A DNA stretch of 64,000 nucleotides from Spirochaetia bacterium (lineage in GTDB: Bacteria > Spirochaetota > Spirochaetia > SZUA-6 > Bin103), in contig CBDBDQ010000005.1 in assembly GCA_965203905.1 (NCBI GenBank), positions 2,496,001-2,560,000 of the forward strand. Reading direction: 5' to 3'. Shown in pieces: positions 62,021 to 64,000 of the stretch. The notes beneath the pieces were generated by a model, which was not told the DNA's origin, did not search any database, and was given only the letters and a program-made list of their open reading frames with translations. Numbering within the stretch: position 1 is the stretch's first letter; each line of letters opens with the position of its first letter. The translations under genes were made by a program, and so were the position numbers.

Positions 62021-63883
62021 ATGCGAGGTAGGACGCTGGCCGGCGCATGGGCCCGACGGTTGTCGTCGATCCGCGGGCGTCTGGTGCTGAGCTTCATCCT
62101 GATCGCCCTGGTCGCCATCGGCATTGTCGGCGGCGTCTCGGGGGTGCTGGTCAAGCACTTCGTGGAGCGGCGCGAGAGTGCCTATCTGGAGTCGAACGCA
62201 TCCACGGTGGCGCAGCGGGCGCTGTCCCTGATGGTCCCCGTAGTGAGGCCCATCTCGCTCGGTGACCTGGTTCGGACCGCGGCGTTCATCAGCGACTCGC
62301 GCATCCGGATTCTGGATCGGGAGCAGCGGGTGCTGGCCGACTCCGGCCCGCCGGGTGGCTCCGAGGACATCTGGGTACGGGTAGTGGCGACCATCAACGT
62401 GGGCGACACGGTGGTGCGTCACCGAGTCTGGATTCCGGTCACTTCCGATCCCATGCAGATTGCCCGCCTGCGCCGTTCACTGCCGATTCTGGAACGCCGT
62501 GGCGATGCCCAGGCACTGGTGGTCCGGCGCCGCAGCGGGCTGTGGGGGAGCTTCATCGAGTTTCAGGACTACGACGGTCCGTTGCTGGCGGCGATCGCAC
62601 GTGAAGATGCGGCTCCCGTAGACGACACCATGCGCAACATCCACGTCGAGCCGATCGGCGATCCCACCAGTCCGGTCGGCTACGTGGAGATTGCGCGCAG
62701 TCCCGATCTGCCCGGCGAGGCGCTGGAGACGTTCATCGCACCGTTCATCATCGCCGCGCTCGCGGCCACCATTCTGGCGGCGGTCCTGGGGTTCGTGTTC
62801 GGGCGCCGGCTGACGGCCCCCATCGAGGGGCTCACCGCGTCCGCGGTACGCATGGGGTCGGGAGACCTGGCGGCACGGGCGCCGTCCATCGGCGACGGCG
62901 AGATCGGCGAGCTCGGGCGCCAGTTCAACGCCATGGCCGGCAAGCTGGAGTCGACGGTGCGCAGCCTGCGCCAGGAACGTGACGTGCTGCGTCGCTTCGT
63001 GGCTGACGCATCGCATGAGTTGCGCACCCCGGTCACGGCGCTCAAGACCTTCAACGAGCTGCTGCTCGACGGCGCCCAGCGCGATGCCGGGGCGGCGGGG
63101 CGGAAACCGGCGGCGGACGTGGTGTCGGGCGTGGACGGCGTCACCGCGCCGGTAACGGGTGCCGCGGAACCGGAGCCGCGAGACGCGGACGGCGGCGGCG
63201 GCGTTCGTCCCCCGTGGCGGCGACCGGTGGCAGCCGCGGCAGCCTTGGCGGCGGGGCTGGGAAGAGCCAGCCGCCGCTGCGGCCGGAACATCGACGCGCA
63301 GACCCGTATCGAGTTTCTGAACGACAGTCGTCGCCAGATCGAGCGTATGGAGTGGATCGTCGAGAACCTGCTGAATCTGTCACGCCTGGAGGCGGGAGTC
63401 ACCGGCAGCCAGTCGCTGCAGGTGACCCTCGGCGACCTGGTGCGCGGTGCGGAGCGCCGCGTCGCGCGTGCGGCCGCGGCGTCCGGCGTCCACCTCGCAG
63501 TCGAACTGAACCCGGCGGACGAGGCGCTCGATCTCGACTCGGCGGGGCTGGAGATCGCCCTGGACAACGTGATTCAGAACGCGATTCGATACGGCAGCAG
63601 CGGCGGAGAGGTACGAATCCGGGCCTCCGATGAACGTGGCTGGGCCATGGTCCAGGTACGCGACCGTGGACCCGGCATCGCCCCCGAGGACCTGCCGCAC
63701 ATCTTCAACCGCTTCTACCGCGGCAAGCAGACCGGGGCCTCCGGTACGGCCGACGGCAGCGGGTTGGGGCTGGCCATCGCGCGCGCGGTGGTGCTTGCCA
63801 ACGGCGGCAACATCAGCGCTGCCAACAACGACGACGGTCCCGGCGCCACCGTTACGCTGCACCTGCCGCTGCGCCGCGTCTGA
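62021..63883 (+). CDS. HAMP-domain sensor histidine kinase
   Basis: Two TMs, HAMP (EIGELGRQFNAM), H-box ADASHELRTP, NVIQNAIRY, DRGPGI, FNRFYR, GSGLGL. Confidence 0.95.
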   Translation: MRGRTLAGAWARRLSSIRGRLVLSFILIALVAIGIVGGVSGVLVKHFVERRESAYLESNASTVAQRALSLMVPVVRPISLGDLVRTAAFISDSRIRILDREQRVLADSGPPGGSEDIWVRVVATINVGDTVVRHRVWIPVTSDPMQIARLRRSLPILERRGDAQALVVRRRSGLWGSFIEFQDYDGPLLAAIAREDAAPVDDTMRNIHVEPIGDPTSPVGYVEIARSPDLPGEALETFIAPFIIAALAATILAAVLGFVFGRRLTAPIEGLTASAVRMGSGDLAARAPSIGDGEIGELGRQFNAMAGKLESTVRSLRQERDVLRRFVADASHELRTPVTALKTFNELLLDGAQRDAGAAGRKPAADVVSGVDGVTAPVTGAAEPEPRDADGGGGVRPPWRRPVAAAAALAAGLGRASRRCGRNIDAQTRIEFLNDSRRQIERMEWIVENLLNLSRLEAGVTGSQSLQVTLGDLVRGAERRVARAAAASGVHLAVELNPADEALDLDSAGLEIALDNVIQNAIRYGSSGGEVRIRASDERGWAMVQVRDRGPGIAPEDLPHIFNRFYRGKQTGASGTADGSGLGLAIARAVVLANGGNISAANNDDGPGATVTLHLPLRRV

Positions 63884-63886
63884 CGC

Positions 63887-64000
63887 TCAGGGCAGCAGGG
63901 TCGTGCCCATCAGGTAGCGGTCGCACTCGCGCGCGGCGCCGCGTCCCTCCATGATGGCCCACACCACCAGGCTGGCGCCGCGGCGGATGTCGCCGGCGGC
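63887..64000 (-). CDS. gltD: Glutamate synthase small subunit, C-terminal end (partial)
   Basis: Reverse strand reads [37 protein letters not shown]. Confidence 0.88.
   Translation of the reverse strand, partial: AAGDIRRGASLVVWAIMEGRGAARECDRYLMGTTLLP

Overview
High-GC chromosomal segment, mostly housekeeping genes. The 16S motifs (e.g. GGCAGCAGCTAAGAAT) and the cysS-ECF sigma-anti-sigma order point to a Spirochaetota bacterium (inference, no search run). It carries murD, an NFACT gene, a macrodomain gene, cysS, an ECF sigma module, tRNA-Cys, a 2-oxoacid dehydrogenase E1a/E1b/E2 operon, birA, groEL, yajC-secDF, thrS and a complete 16S-tRNA-Ala-23S-5S operon. Further on are deoxy-sugar catabolism genes (fucI, rhaB-like kinase, PHP protein), a regulator-uppS cassette, bacilliredoxin, System II cytochrome c biogenesis genes, tatCBA, panBC-coaX-coaBC, cimA, argH, hflX, a two-component pair and the 3' end of gltD. 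I saw no transposase, integrase, prophage, CRISPR array or defence system. Best leads: a ~170-nt rod-like structured RNA candidate behind murD; a pan-motif-like hairpin in the panB leader; a phage-CII-like gene heading the dehydrogenase operon from a promoter overlapping the tRNA-Cys promoter; a double CDP-alcohol phosphotransferase; a bacilliredoxin/Sm-like/cytochrome c biogenesis/Tat run; a membrane pseudokinase coupled to murD; and repeated leaderless promoter architecture. All calls are by eye from motifs, and several start codons are approximate.
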